Made by a program: the position numbers and the translations under genes. This document shows positions 29,894-41,500 of a stretch of DNA of 64,000 nucleotides, piece by piece. The first letter of the stretch is position 1, and each line of letters opens with the position of its first letter. A model generated the notes under the pieces. That model saw only the letters and a program-made list of their open reading frames with translations, was not told where the DNA came from and did not search any database. This DNA comes from Gammaproteobacteria bacterium (GTDB lineage: Bacteria > Pseudomonadota > Gammaproteobacteria > CAJXQU01), in assembly GCA_045110495.1 (NCBI GenBank), contig JBGCGE010000010.1, forward strand, positions 69,376 through 133,375, read 5' to 3'.

Positions 29894-31195
29894 ATGACAT
29901 CTGAGACAGTAACCATCACGGATAATTCAACAGGAAAGACGATTGAATGCCCGATTCTTAAAGGAACCTATGGAGCACCAGTTATAGACACTGCTGCACT
30001 ATACAAAGAGTTAGGAATGTTTACCCTCGATCCTGGCTTTACGACAACTGCAAGTTGCCGTAGTGCTATAACTTATCTCGATGGAGAGCAGGGTATTTTG
30101 CTACATCGAGGATATCCTATTGAGCAATTAGCAGAAAAAAGCTCATTTCTAGAGGTTTCCTATCTACTGCTGCACGGCGAATTACCGACAGAAACTGAGT
30201 TTGCAGCGTACGAAGGTAAGATCAAGCAATACAACATGGTGCATGAGCACTTAATGCGTTTTTTCAATGGTTATCGTTATGATGCACATCCAATGTCCAT
30301 TATGGTGGGTGTTACGGGTGCAATGGCATCTTTCTATCACGAAACGGTGAATGTAAAAGATCCAGAAGACAGATTGAAGATCGCGATGCGTCTGGTCGCT
30401 AAGATGCCGAACATTGGATCAAAAGTTTATAAGCATGGCGTTGGTGAGCCGTTTATCTATCCTGATAACTCATTGGGCTATATAGAAAACCTGATGAACA
30501 TGATGTTTGCTATTCCATCACAACCGTATGAATTACATCCAAAAGCAGTATCTGCGCTTGATCAATTAATGATTTTGCACGCAGATCACGAACAAAACGC
30601 CAGTACTTCTACAGTACGTCTTTCTGGTAGTTCTGAAGCGAATCCATTAGCTGCGATTTCGGCAGGTATTTCAACACTTTGGGGTAAAGCTCACGGTGGT
30701 GCAAACGAAGCGGTTCTGGAAATGCTTGAAGAAATTGAAGATGTGAAGAATATTCCTAAATTTATTGCTCGGGCAAAAGACAAAGACGACGGTTATCGTC
30801 TGATGGGTTTTGGACATCGCGTTTACAAAAACTTTGATCCGCGCGCGACAATCATTAGTAAAGCATGCCACGAAGTATTGGATGACATGGATGAAAATTC
30901 AGAGTTACGTCCATTGATGGAAATTGCGATGGAATTAGAACGAATCGCTTTGGAAGACGAGTACTTCATTGAACGTAAGTTGTATCCAAATGTGGATTTT
31001 TATTCAGGTATTATTCTTCGCGCATTGGGCATTCCAACAAATATGTTTACGGTATTTTTTGCAATGGCACGTTCTGCTGGCTGGATAGCAAACTGGCACG
31101 AAATGATGGGAGATTCTGATTTCCGAATTGGTCGACCACGTCAACTTTATACCGGTTCCGCAACGCGTGAATATATTGCAATGGATAAACGCTAA
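29894..31195 (+). CDS. gltA: Citrate synthase (type II, hexameric class)
   Basis: 433 aa with GFGHRVYK and the catalytic His/Asp regions. Divergent from sucA. Confidence 0.9.
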   Translation: MTSETVTITDNSTGKTIECPILKGTYGAPVIDTAALYKELGMFTLDPGFTTTASCRSAITYLDGEQGILLHRGYPIEQLAEKSSFLEVSYLLLHGELPTETEFAAYEGKIKQYNMVHEHLMRFFNGYRYDAHPMSIMVGVTGAMASFYHETVNVKDPEDRLKIAMRLVAKMPNIGSKVYKHGVGEPFIYPDNSLGYIENLMNMMFAIPSQPYELHPKAVSALDQLMILHADHEQNASTSTVRLSGSSEANPLAAISAGISTLWGKAHGGANEAVLEMLEEIEDVKNIPKFIARAKDKDDGYRLMGFGHRVYKNFDPRATIISKACHEVLDDMDENSELRPLMEIAMELERIALEDEYFIERKLYPNVDFYSGIILRALGIPTNMFTVFFAMARSAGWIANWHEMMGDSDFRIGRPRQLYTGSATREYIAMDKR

Positions 31196-31265
31196 GATTG
31201 ATTAAGCTCAAAAGGGGTGTACTTACTGAAGGCTTAATTTGTTTTAGTATCATTAATACACAAGA

Positions 31266-31297
31266 GCATCTCATCAAAAATGAGGTGCTTTTTTTTA
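31266..31297 (+). terminator. Rho-independent terminator after gltA
   Basis: gcatctcat-caaaaa-atgaggtgc (9 bp with one G-U pair) followed by T9. Confidence 0.55.
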
Positions 31298-31322
31298 AGT
31301 AAAGATTAAGGGAGAGTTGATT

Positions 31323-32303
31323 ATGAAAAAACCCGTTCAAGTAGCAGTGACTGGTGCAGCAGGCCAAATAGCGTATTCAATATTGTTTCGAATTGTTTCA
31401 GGTGAGATGTTGGGTCCTGATCAACCAGTCGTTTTACGATGTCTTGAAATCACACCAGCCATGCAAGCACTGGAAGGTGTTGCGATGGAGATTGACGACT
31501 GTGCATTCCCATTATTAGAAGGAATTGTACTTAGTGATGATCCAAATGAAGCATTTAAAGGTGCTGACATTGCGATGTTAGTCGGTGCACGACCGCGTGG
31601 ACCAGGGATGGAACGAGCTGATCTGCTGGAAGCCAATGGTGGGATCTTCAAAATTCAGGGTGAAGCAATTAACGGCAATGCGAGTAGTGATGTAAAAGTG
31701 GTTGTCGTTGGTAATCCAGCAAACACCAATGCGCATACTGCAATGCGTTTTGCGCCAGATCTAAATCCACGCAACTTTACTGCCCTCACGCGACTTGATC
31801 ACAATCGTGCTCTTTCGCAACTCGCTGCAAAAACAGGAAGCAGTACGCGAGATATTAAAAATATGACGATTTGGGGGAATCATTCTACAACCCAATACCC
31901 AGACATCAGTAATACAACGATTGATGGAAAAGCGGCGAAAGATCTTGTTGATCAAACTTGGTATGCCGATGAATATATTCCACGTGTTGCTAAGCGTGGT
32001 GCTGAAATCATCGCTGCGAGAGGTGCATCCAGTGCCGCATCTGCTGCAAACGGTGCAATTGAGCACATTCGTGATTGGGTTCTTGGAACGCCTGAAGATG
32101 ATTGGACCAGTATGGCGGTTCCAAGTGATGGCAGTTACGGTATTCCAGAAGGCTTGATGTATTCATTCCCAGTTCGTTGTAAGAATGGTGACTATGAAAT
32201 TGTAGAAGGATTAGAAATTGATGAATTTAGTCAAGCCAGAATGGATCTAACGCAGAAAGAGCTTGAAGAAGAACGCGATGCGGTTCAGGAGCTTGTAACT
32301 TAG
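31323..32303 (+). CDS. mdh: Malate dehydrogenase (cytosolic/Thermus-type, NAD-dependent)
   Basis: [19 protein letters not shown] Rossmann N-terminus, about 327 aa. The ATG at 31323 is preceded by AAGGGAGAG; the track's TTG start at 31317 is less likely. Confidence 0.85.
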   Translation: MKKPVQVAVTGAAGQIAYSILFRIVSGEMLGPDQPVVLRCLEITPAMQALEGVAMEIDDCAFPLLEGIVLSDDPNEAFKGADIAMLVGARPRGPGMERADLLEANGGIFKIQGEAINGNASSDVKVVVVGNPANTNAHTAMRFAPDLNPRNFTALTRLDHNRALSQLAAKTGSSTRDIKNMTIWGNHSTTQYPDISNTTIDGKAAKDLVDQTWYADEYIPRVAKRGAEIIAARGASSAASAANGAIEHIRDWVLGTPEDDWTSMAVPSDGSYGIPEGLMYSFPVRCKNGDYEIVEGLEIDEFSQARMDLTQKELEEERDAVQELVT

Positions 32304-32635
32304 TCAGCGGTAAATAATGCTAATGCAAGGAAGCATTGGCATATCTAATCTTATGAAAATCAGTATTTTTAACTTCTGCGATTAAGAAATATCTCAAAAA
32401 TATATTCGGCTGTCTGCTTATTCTTATAGGCTTATTGGGAGCAGCCATTTGCCTAGATTCAGCTTTTGATCCTATATCTGCACAATTAGCTAATGATCCT
32501 TTTGGTGAGCCAGCTTCTAAAATTGTCGGTCTTGCATATTCCTTGATCTATTTTGGTGTTGCAGTAATTGGTTGGCTAATTGTTTCGCAGGGTCGACGCC
32601 ACTAAAAATTAAGACTCTGGATATATCTTTATAAT

Positions 32636-33292
32636 TTAGTCTCTAAGACTCATAACCTCCCAACCACGTGTTTTTGCAACCTTTTCTAGTTCCGGATCAG
32701 GATCAACAGCAATTGGATTATCAACTTGTTCAAGTAGTGGAATATCGTTACGAGAGTCGCTATAAAACCAGCTACCTTTTAACGAATGATCTCGATTCTC
32801 AAACCATTCTTCCAATCGGGTGATTTTTCCTTCTGCGAAAGAGGGCGTTCCCGCGACATTGCCAGTATATCTACCCTCAATAATTTCAGGTTCTGTTGCA
32901 ATTAATTCATCAATTCCAAACAGCTGAGATATTGGTTCCGTAATAAAGCGGTTTGTCGCCGTTATGATCAATAATTGGTGATTTTGTTGACGATGATGAT
33001 CGACTAAGGCCTGAGCTTTTGGTAGCAAGATTGGTTTGATCATTTCCTTTAGATAATCTTGCCTCCAGGCATTTAACGTTTGCATATCGTGCTTGCCTAA
33101 AATTTCTAACTGGAAGTTAAGGAAATCCATAATATCCAGGTTACCATCGAGATAATCCTGATAATAATCAGCGTGTCTGCGAGTATGTTCTTCTACGTCT
33201 ACAATACCTTTTTTGCAGAGGTAATCTCCCCATAAGGTATCACTGTCACCACCGATGAGTGTATTGTCTAGATCGAATATTGCGAGTGTCAT
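32636..33292 (-). CDS. HAD-IB family hydrolase (SerB-like)
   Basis: N-terminal DLDNTL (HAD motif I) and a C-terminal D...D motif. Divergent from rppH, as in Pseudomonas. Confidence 0.6.
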   Translation of the reverse strand: MTLAIFDLDNTLIGGDSDTLWGDYLCKKGIVDVEEHTRRHADYYQDYLDGNLDIMDFLNFQLEILGKHDMQTLNAWRQDYLKEMIKPILLPKAQALVDHHRQQNHQLLIITATNRFITEPISQLFGIDELIATEPEIIEGRYTGNVAGTPSFAEGKITRLEEWFENRDHSLKGSWFYSDSRNDIPLLEQVDNPIAVDPDPELEKVAKTRGWEVMSLRD

Positions 33293-33330
33293 AAGTTGCC
33301 TATTGGACGAAATTTTGAAAGAATCATCAT

Positions 33331-33828
33331 ATGATAGATCGTGATGGTTTTAGAGCAAATGTTGGTATCATTTTGACAAATGATAACGCAGATGTATTTT
33401 GGGCGCGTCGTGTTGGTGGTTCTGATGCATGGCAGTTCCCTCAAGGCGGTATCAAACGCGATGAGACGCCAGAGATGGCTATGTATCGAGAATTGAATGA
33501 AGAGGTCGGACTTGACCCAGAACATGTTGAGATAGTCGGCTCTACGAAAAAGTGGCTAAGGTACCGACTTCCTAAGCGTTTTGTTCGGCGCCATCAAAAA
33601 CCGTTATGCATTGGACAAAAACAGATCTGGTTTGTTTTAAAGTTAGTGACGGATGAAATCAATGTTGATCTAGGTATGGCAAACAAACCCGAATTCGATC
33701 AGTGGCAGTGGGTTGATTACTGGCGCCCTCTGGAGGAAATTGTTTCGTTTAAAAAGAACGTTTATCGAAAGGCATTATCCGAACTCGCGCCATTGGTTCT
33801 ACCAGAATCCAGATCTGAAACTTTATAG
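33331..33828 (+). CDS. rppH: RNA pyrophosphohydrolase (Nudix)
   Basis: [10 protein letters not shown], and a Nudix box ([23 protein letters not shown]). Confidence 0.8.
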   Translation: MIDRDGFRANVGIILTNDNADVFWARRVGGSDAWQFPQGGIKRDETPEMAMYRELNEEVGLDPEHVEIVGSTKKWLRYRLPKRFVRRHQKPLCIGQKQIWFVLKLVTDEINVDLGMANKPEFDQWQWVDYWRPLEEIVSFKKNVYRKALSELAPLVLPESRSETL

Positions 33829-33856
33829 TTGATCAAATTTTTCTAGTCTAATCTTC

Positions 33857-34237
33857 TTACTTAGACTTCATTTGCATCAGATCGTTAAGCAATTGCTGGG
33901 AGCTTTTTTGCGAAGACTTACGTAAAAAGTAGCGTCTGAAGTCTGGATCAAGCTTCATTTCTGCCAAGCCATTGTCAATTTCAGAGAGCGTTTTCTTGCA
34001 GCTTTCCATTGCTACATCCGCTACTTTTCTGAAATCTTCATATTTATCTACATTTGCTTTTGCTTCTTTTTGAAGGCAAGCATCATAAGTGTCTCGGTAA
34101 GATATCATTGTTGAGGTTTCTTTCTCTGACAGATCTGATGGGTAGCGATAACTTGTTTCAGTGCCGTTCGCTGCTATGACTTGCAGGCTAATAAAAGAGA
34201 GAAGTGCGATTAATAATTTCATAATTTTATTCCACAA
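33857..34237 (-). CDS. Small secreted hypothetical protein
   Basis: Signal peptide (MKLLIALLSFISLQVIAANG), about 120 aa, helical and Lys/Glu-rich. Confidence 0.35.
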   Translation of the reverse strand: MWNKIMKLLIALLSFISLQVIAANGTETSYRYPSDLSEKETSTMISYRDTYDACLQKEAKANVDKYEDFRKVADVAMESCKKTLSEIDNGLAEMKLDPDFRRYFLRKSSQKSSQQLLNDLMQMKSK

Positions 34238-34610
34238 ATGATACTACTTTAATTTCCCAGGTTTGGTCTTTCCCATCTACTTTTGTACAGCCTAATTTCA
34301 CGGGTTTTCCGTCCGCTTCAATAGTACCCATCGCCATTCCTGCTTGTCTCTTTCCCGCGAATAAGCGGTTAAATCGATATTTAATGGCTTTATCAGGGTG
34401 ATTATTCTTAACAACTCTTAGTTTGCCTCTGGTACTTAAATTCTGACATCTACCATCATTAACAGATTCAAACTCAATGAACTCATCAGGTGCTTCATTT
34501 TGAGTTGACATCGACTCTTTTTTTTCATCACAGGGAGCGGAAAATGCGTTTAATGAAAATAGCCCAGCGACTAAAAAGAACACATAAAAGGTATTTGATT
34601 TATTTTTCAT
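34227..34610 (-). CDS. Small secreted hypothetical protein (Cys-containing)
   Basis: The start is chosen at the internal Met (MKNKSNTFYVFFLVAGLFSLNAFSA) so that the signal peptide is N-terminal. The track's upstream extension to 34721 is probably not translated. Confidence 0.35.
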   Translation of the reverse strand: MKNKSNTFYVFFLVAGLFSLNAFSAPCDEKKESMSTQNEAPDEFIEFESVNDGRCQNLSTRGKLRVVKNNHPDKAIKYRFNRLFAGKRQAGMAMGTIEADGKPVKLGCTKVDGKDQTWEIKVVSFVE

Positions 34611-34730
34611 GGCGAGATCATAGTCAATCAAGGGAAACTGTTCAACGTTTAGATAGTGTATCTCAGGATACAAACAGGCTATTTTAAAACGTTCTGACAA
34701 TAATTTTTTGATCAAGTTCATTTATCTTTG

Positions 34731-35702
34731 CTATGGAGCGGTGGCAAGCAGTGTTGCTCTTCTTGGAGCAGGTAAACCTTCGCAAGTTTTATCAGAGTCA
34801 TCAGGATCTAAAAAATTAGCCAGAGAGTGATTCGGCATCCAGTCAGTAGAACGTTGTTCTTCGGTACTGGTTTTTGTGATGTCGATGAGTTGAATATTTT
34901 TATAGCCACATCGTTTTAGCCAGCTTTCCAGAGTCAGACACGTAGGTAGAAACCAGACATTACGCATCTGGGCATAACGATCTTCTGGTAATAAAATCTG
35001 TCCTTCATCACCTTCAATGACCAGTGTTTCCAAAACCAGTTCTCCGCCTGGTTTCAAGCAACCGAGTAGATCATAAAGGTGATCAATCGGCGAGCGGCGA
35101 TGATATAAAACTCCCATGGAAAAAACGCTATCAAATATTTTCGATTTAGGTGGTAGATCTTCAATCCCTAGTGGTAATACATCAACAGGAATATCGTTTA
35201 TAAAATGTTTGATAGCCTGAAATTGCATTACGCTCAACATGCCTGGATCAATTCCGATGACATGCTTTGCTCCAGCACCAAGCATTCGAAGGCAGTGATA
35301 TCCACCACCACAGCCGACGTCGAGGACTAATTTATTTTCTAGTGGTTTTATATGCTGAGATAAGCGATCCCATTTCCAGTCTGATCGCCATTCTGTGTCG
35401 ATATGAATTCCAAAAAGATCGTACGGACCTTTTCGCCATGGAATAAAATTGCGTAGTAATTCTTGCAAGTTCATAGTCGTATTTTCGAGATCCTCAGAAC
35501 GACCAATTTGAACAGTTGCAGCATCTAGATTGATCTTAGAGGGTTTGATGTCTGGTAGTTGTTCTAAAGTTTCATACCATCCAGGCAGATGTCCATGTGA
35601 AGAAGGCGCAAGTTTTTGATCGATTATTTCGGGTAAAACCTGTGCCCATTCTTTCATAGACGAGCCTTCAAGATACTGATAAAAAGAATCAAAACTGATC
35701 AT
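34731..35702 (-). CDS. cmoB: tRNA U34 carboxymethyltransferase
   Basis: 323 aa with a class I MTase fold (VLDVGCGGGYH). Directly downstream of cmoA. Confidence 0.85.
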   Translation of the reverse strand: MISFDSFYQYLEGSSMKEWAQVLPEIIDQKLAPSSHGHLPGWYETLEQLPDIKPSKINLDAATVQIGRSEDLENTTMNLQELLRNFIPWRKGPYDLFGIHIDTEWRSDWKWDRLSQHIKPLENKLVLDVGCGGGYHCLRMLGAGAKHVIGIDPGMLSVMQFQAIKHFINDIPVDVLPLGIEDLPPKSKIFDSVFSMGVLYHRRSPIDHLYDLLGCLKPGGELVLETLVIEGDEGQILLPEDRYAQMRNVWFLPTCLTLESWLKRCGYKNIQLIDITKTSTEEQRSTDWMPNHSLANFLDPDDSDKTCEGLPAPRRATLLATAP

Positions 35703-35709
35703 GTGTTAT

Positions 35710-36450
35710 TTATTCTTTAAGCGCGATCAAAGAGGCGAAGTTGAAATACTGAAACCAGACTTCTGCACTTTTAAAACCGACGTTATTAAGCCGCTGTTTG
35801 TGAGCTTCCAAGGCCTCAGGAATTAAAACATTTTCCAATGCAGATCGTTTTTGGCTGATCTCTAGTTCAGAATAACCGTTATTTTTTTTAAACATTTCGT
35901 GCATCTTTATATGTAATTCATTTTGATCAGGATCTTCGTAATCTAATTTTTCTGACAGTATGAGAATTCCGCCAGGTAACATACCAGCAAAAATATTTTT
36001 CAAAAAAAGCTCGCGATCTTCTAGCGGGATAAATTGCAGTGTGAAATTGAGTACCACAACAGAGGCGTTGGTAACGTCGATATCTCTAATATCACCACAA
36101 ATCAGATCAACTTTAACATTGCTTTCTTCACCGGAAAGTATTTTTTGACAATCCTTGATCATAGCCGGAGAGTTATCGACTGCAATTATCTTATCGATTG
36201 TTGAGTTATCTCTATGTTGTAAATGATGTCGCATTGACAATGTTGCCGCTCCCAACGAACAACCAAGGTCATAACATATGCTGTCAGGTTGAGCGAACTT
36301 ATCGGCCAATAGACCAATTGCCGATATAATAGTTTGATACCCGGGGACGGATCTTTCGATCATGTCGGAAAAAACCTTGACAACATTCTCATCAAAGGCA
36401 AAGCCTGAAATGTCGTTAAGTGGTTTTGTATAGATCGTGTCGCGCGTCAT
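35710..36450 (-). CDS. cmoA: Carboxy-S-adenosyl-L-methionine synthase
   Basis: 246 aa with a YDLGCSLGAATLSM SAM-binding motif. Confidence 0.85.
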   Translation of the reverse strand: MTRDTIYTKPLNDISGFAFDENVVKVFSDMIERSVPGYQTIISAIGLLADKFAQPDSICYDLGCSLGAATLSMRHHLQHRDNSTIDKIIAVDNSPAMIKDCQKILSGEESNVKVDLICGDIRDIDVTNASVVVLNFTLQFIPLEDRELFLKNIFAGMLPGGILILSEKLDYEDPDQNELHIKMHEMFKKNNGYSELEISQKRSALENVLIPEALEAHKQRLNNVGFKSAEVWFQYFNFASLIALKE

Positions 36451-36476
36451 TATTACAGTTAGATTACTAAAGTATT

Positions 36477-37316
36477 ATGAAAAAAGTTGATCAATGGATT
36501 CCTGAATACTGGAACACTTCCCCTATGTTCTCTGATCACCGTCGATTTATAGGTCAAGCCATAGATCAAAATAGTGAAATGAAGCACTGGGAGTACTGGC
36601 CCGATTGTAATGAACTTAACCAATTGTGGCCACACAAAAATAAAACGTTATCAGGTTATGATATCAAATTTATTCCACAGGATTCGCTCAATGAAGGTGC
36701 GGTTTATTATGAGGAACATATTTTTTCTAGTGGAAAAATTCCAACGAGAGATAAAAACTGGCATGATTTTTTTAATGCACAAGTATGGCTGCAGTTTCCT
36801 GAAACAAAAGCGGTGCTTAATGCGCAGCATGTAGAAGAAATTAAAAAGCACGAGCGAAATATCAACAAAAAAAATAGAACTGGAAAGCGAGATGCTTTAA
36901 CGCTTTTTGATGAGTCTGGTGTTATTTTTGTAACAGATAAGGTGCAGGTTATCGAAGACTTGCGCTCGCACCAGTGGAAGGAGTTATTCATACAAAAAAG
37001 ACAGCAGTGGTGGGAATCAATTTCCGTTTATATTTTTGGACATGGCTTGTATGAAAAAGCATTTTCGCCTTATGTTGGTATGACGGGTAATGCAATGCCG
37101 ATAATAGTTGAGGAATCATTTTTTGATCAGGAAAGAAGCAAACAAATCAAAGTGCTTGATCAAAAAATATCACAAGGCATACAAAGCCAGAAAATTTTAG
37201 AAACATCTTCTAACCTAAACCCATTACCTTTACTTGGGATACCCGGGTGGTGGAAGGAAAATGAGAATGAAAGTTTCTACGATAACAAAAATTATTTCAG
37301 GCCCAAAAGAAAATAA
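36477..37316 (+). CDS. Hypothetical protein, possibly DUF3025-like
   Basis: 279 aa, Trp-rich (WEYWPDCNELNQLWPH, GIPGWWKENE), AT-rich. The assignment is tentative. Confidence 0.35.
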   Translation: MKKVDQWIPEYWNTSPMFSDHRRFIGQAIDQNSEMKHWEYWPDCNELNQLWPHKNKTLSGYDIKFIPQDSLNEGAVYYEEHIFSSGKIPTRDKNWHDFFNAQVWLQFPETKAVLNAQHVEEIKKHERNINKKNRTGKRDALTLFDESGVIFVTDKVQVIEDLRSHQWKELFIQKRQQWWESISVYIFGHGLYEKAFSPYVGMTGNAMPIIVEESFFDQERSKQIKVLDQKISQGIQSQKILETSSNLNPLPLLGIPGWWKENENESFYDNKNYFRPKRK

Positions 37317-37347
37317 ACGATAGTCTTTCAATGACATCAGGAAAATA

Positions 37348-37824
37348 ATGAATACTAAAAAAACAATTATAAATAAGGGGTTCTATGTGGCACTTGTTAG
37401 TTTGCCGGTGGCCGCAATTGGGATACTCATTTTACAGAAAAATCTTCCAATGGGGCCGATCGTACTCGCAATGACAGTCATTCCAATAATGGGATTATTG
37501 ATTGCAAAACGAGAAGTTGTAAGCGCAGTCCCAGATCTTATTTTCGGTGCGATAGATACGGGGCTTTTGACAATTCCTGTATTAGCCGGTGGCATTACAT
37601 TTGGTGTTGCAGGAGCCGTTGCGGGCGGTGTGATCGGAGATGCTTTGAGCGATGGCATTGCTGGTTTTTTTGAAGGATCTATTGCTGAATGGTTACGTGA
37701 AAAAGGGATTGAAGAATCACGCGAAAGCGTAACGACAGGACTGGGTAAAATGGCTGGCTGTTTACTTGGCAGCGGTCTGGTTTTGAGTATTGCTTTATTG
37801 TTTGGAATAGATCCAGGTCGATGA
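37348..37824 (+). CDS. Glycine-zipper-rich integral membrane protein
   Basis: 158 aa with 4-5 TM helices carrying GxxxG/AxxxG repeats (GGITFGVAGAVAGGVIGDA). Confidence 0.35.
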   Translation: MNTKKTIINKGFYVALVSLPVAAIGILILQKNLPMGPIVLAMTVIPIMGLLIAKREVVSAVPDLIFGAIDTGLLTIPVLAGGITFGVAGAVAGGVIGDALSDGIAGFFEGSIAEWLREKGIEESRESVTTGLGKMAGCLLGSGLVLSIALLFGIDPGR

Positions 37825-37859
37825 GTTTTCTTGCTTATAGCACGCTTAGTATACTTTTA

Positions 37860-38510
37860 TTATTTGTAGACGGGCTCTAATTTTTTCTTATCTTTCCATT
37901 CACACAGATCATAAATTGGACACTCTTCACATTTAGGATTTCGAGCGATGCAAGTGTATCGACCGTGTAATATCAACCAATGATGAGCATCAACTTTAAA
38001 CTCATCAGGGATAAATTTAATTAACTTTTTTTCGACCTCTAATACATTTTTTCCTTGACCTATTTTTGTACGGTTTGAAACGCGAAATATATGTGTATCA
38101 ACAGCCATTGTTGGATGACCAAAGGCAGTATTGAGGATCACATTTGCCGTTTTTCTACCAACGCCGGGTAAAGCTTCTAGTGATTCACGATCTTCAGGCA
38201 CTTCGCTGTCATGAAGATCAATTAACATGCGACAAGTTTTAATGACATTTTCTGCTTTTGTATTAAACAAGCCGATCGTTTTGATATACTTTTTTAAACC
38301 TTCGACACCAATTTCATAAATTGCTTCTGGTGTGTTGGCAATTTTATAAAGTGGTGTCGTCGCCTTGTTAACGCTAACATCTGTTGCTTGTGCTGAGAGA
38401 ATAACAGCGATCAATAATTCAAACGGACTGCTGTAATTTAATTCAGTCGTTGGGTTGGGATTTTTTGCTCTCAACCTTTCAAATATTTCGTGACGTTTTT
38501 CTTTATTCAT
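37860..38510 (-). CDS. nth: Endonuclease III
   Basis: HhH-GPD motif (LPGVGRKTANVIL) and a C-terminal 4Fe-4S cluster (CIARNPKCEECPIYDLC). Confidence 0.9.
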   Translation of the reverse strand: MNKEKRHEIFERLRAKNPNPTTELNYSSPFELLIAVILSAQATDVSVNKATTPLYKIANTPEAIYEIGVEGLKKYIKTIGLFNTKAENVIKTCRMLIDLHDSEVPEDRESLEALPGVGRKTANVILNTAFGHPTMAVDTHIFRVSNRTKIGQGKNVLEVEKKLIKFIPDEFKVDAHHWLILHGRYTCIARNPKCEECPIYDLCEWKDKKKLEPVYK

Positions 38511-38541
38511 TTCATTAGTTTTTTATTTATTTTATCTAAAT

Positions 38542-41500
38542 TTACTTTTCATATTTATACAAAAAATCCATGCCAGAATTTGTGCCGGAATCTGCTTCAA
38601 TAGACCAACGTTTTGATAAATCATAACGTAATTTTAATTGTGCAACCGAATCGAAAATACCTATTCCATAACTAATATAAAGTTTTGGTGTAAGATATTT
38701 TCCAAGCTTAACCGAAGCATCATCAGCACTATCTCCATCAATAGAAAATTCATCAAGCCCAAACTGCTGACCAATATTTTCGGTTAGCATTTCGCCACCT
38801 TTAAATCCCAGCGATTGTGCCGCACCAACCAGAAGAGAACTATCGCCAGAAGTCGCTTCGCTTAATGGCCGACCAATCATCACATAAGAAAGTATATCGT
38901 CCTGATTCATTGATGGTTTCGAAAACAGAGTAAGAACAGGCTCGGTTGCGGGACCGGTTACATGCACACCCGCAGTAACACTCTTTGCTTTTCGAATGGC
39001 TTTTAAATCAAGATTTGGTGAATCAATTGGACCGCCTGCAAATAAAATTTTGCCACCATCAATATCTAATTTTTGACCATAGGCGGAGTATTGGCCATCA
39101 ACAATATTTATCTCCCCAGTTCCTGTTATGGGTTTATCAGGCATACTCACTATATGTAAATTTCCTTTGAGAGCGCCACTGAAACCGGTTGAAGCAAGAG
39201 AAATCTTATCTCCCAGGGTTACTTTAATATCGGTTGTAATACTCATTCCGGTGGAGCCTTCTTCTGGGGTTTCTTGCTGATCAATAATAACCACATCTTT
39301 TGACACAGGAACTGCGCTGGCTATTTGTTGAGGCTCGAGATTGGCTTCTGGAATTGCAACTTCCCCTGTAATATCTAAATTATTGTTTTGACTGATGATA
39401 TTGATTTTTGGAGACATAAGTACCCAAGCTTCGGGTAAGTTTAGCAGCTCAAATCTGTCGCCTTTAATTTCAAGTTTGACAGGGAATTCGCTTTTAGTTT
39501 TGGAATCTGATGTGAGAGAGTCAAGACCAACCGTTCCGCTTAGATCAAGTTGACCTTCACCTGATTTCATTTGAGCTTGTAGTGCTAATGTTTTGTTATT
39601 GGGACTGGTCACATCGAGTTTTATGTCTTTTAGTTGAATACCGGCGCTGGGCAGAAAGACTTCTGCGGCTAGTTTTGTATGCCCTTTTATTACTGGTTTG
39701 CTAACGGTGCCTGTCAGGCGCAAATCAACATCTAAATTGCCTTTTAGATCCTCAACTTCCGGCGTAAACACCTGAATAAAGCCCAGGTCTTCAATCTTAG
39801 TTGTAACTTGACCGCTAAGTGGTAGTGTTTTGAAATCGACATTGGCAGGATCAAATGAAGTAGTTTCAATGCTTGCTTTTATCGGACTGTTCGTCGGCTG
39901 GACAAGATCAAAAAGTAAAGAGGCTTCGGTTTTGCTCGCATCCATAACAACCTCTAATGACGAAGGGTTATATTCAAAACGATTTCCATTTTCAGGATCG
40001 GCATTCGCTAGTGTAATAGAACCTTTTGAAGTAGTGAGATTTAAGTTTGCGCGTATGTTTTTGCTTCCCACTCCAGAAGCAGCTAATGTCGACGAAACTG
40101 TTCCAGCAAGGTTCATATCTTCAGGCATGAAAGCGCTGAGTAACGTTAATGGTATTTGAGTTAATTCTGAATTTGTATTCCATCCGCTATCGATGTTCCA
40201 ATGCAAGCCAGCACAAAGTGATGCTTGCTTTTGGGTCAGGCAAAGTTTCTCAAGATCGACTTTTTGACTTGACGCGATCAGTTTTTCTGGTGAAGTTAAT
40301 TTCCAGAGACCAAGTTTCGATTCTTTGATCGATATTTCTTCAATTACACCGCTCCAAACTTCATTCTTTAAACCACCTTTAGTGACAAATAAAAGATTGT
40401 TCTGATCTTGTTCTACACTTACTTTTAATGTGTGAGCAGCGAGAGAGCCAGAAGTCGTTAGATCTATATCATCAATATTATTTTCACCCAAAGTTAATCG
40501 CGAAGAATGGATTTGTATATCAAATTTTTGATCGTCGTTAAGATTTTTATTTTCATCTTGCGAGAGATCTAAATTAATTTTGGAAGTAACTTCTCCGATT
40601 TGTAGATCCGGTAATTTTATATTTCCCACTTTCAACGTTGCCGCGACAGAAGGCGAAGTCATAGAACCTTTAACAGTGCCTTGAGCATTTAGTTGACCAT
40701 CGGCTTCAGGAGCAATTTGTTTTAAATCGGGGGAGTCTAAAGACCAAACAAGATCAAATTTTTCTCCAGCCTGACCGCTGGCTTTTAACTCGGAATTGCC
40801 AGACAGAAGTTTGAGAGTTTTTATATTTATGAGATCATTTATAAGCTCAAGTTCAGCTAAAGCATTAACAGGATAGCCACGTAAATCGCCGTTGACTGAC
40901 GTATTTTCAACAATAGCCGAAAGTTGCTCTCCAACTTTATGTCCTGATATAGCGGAAGATATATCCAGCTTTCCGGGCCATTTGTTTTCTAATTCTCCCG
41001 GCAGTTTACCGGGATCAATATTTTTCCCCTCAAGTTGAAAATCCCAAACTATTTTTTCACCCCAACCAACTTTTCCAACCAGATCAATTTCACCATTAAG
41101 GAGATCTGCATGCAGTGAAGAAAGATCAAAATCAGAACTTGTTCCTTTACCAGAAATGATCAAATCATTAACGACTATTTGTGGATGATCGACCGCTGTT
41201 TGTAGCTTGATAAAATAATCTTCGGGTTGACCTGAAACTTTAAAATTTCCATTTGGACTTTTTATAGATTGAGTATCATTTTCTACGGTTTGTTGCCAGA
41301 CAATATTGTCCCAGTCACCTGAAAGATCAAATGACATGGGAGCTTCTCCCCAATTAACTTGTCCTTTTGATTTGAGCTGTCCGGATAAAAGTTTGCTGAC
41401 GAAATCATCAATAATAAATTTTTGATCATCACCATGACCATTTAGACTAAGCGTAACATCACCAATATCTGCTTGATTGATAGAGGTTTGAAGATTTATT

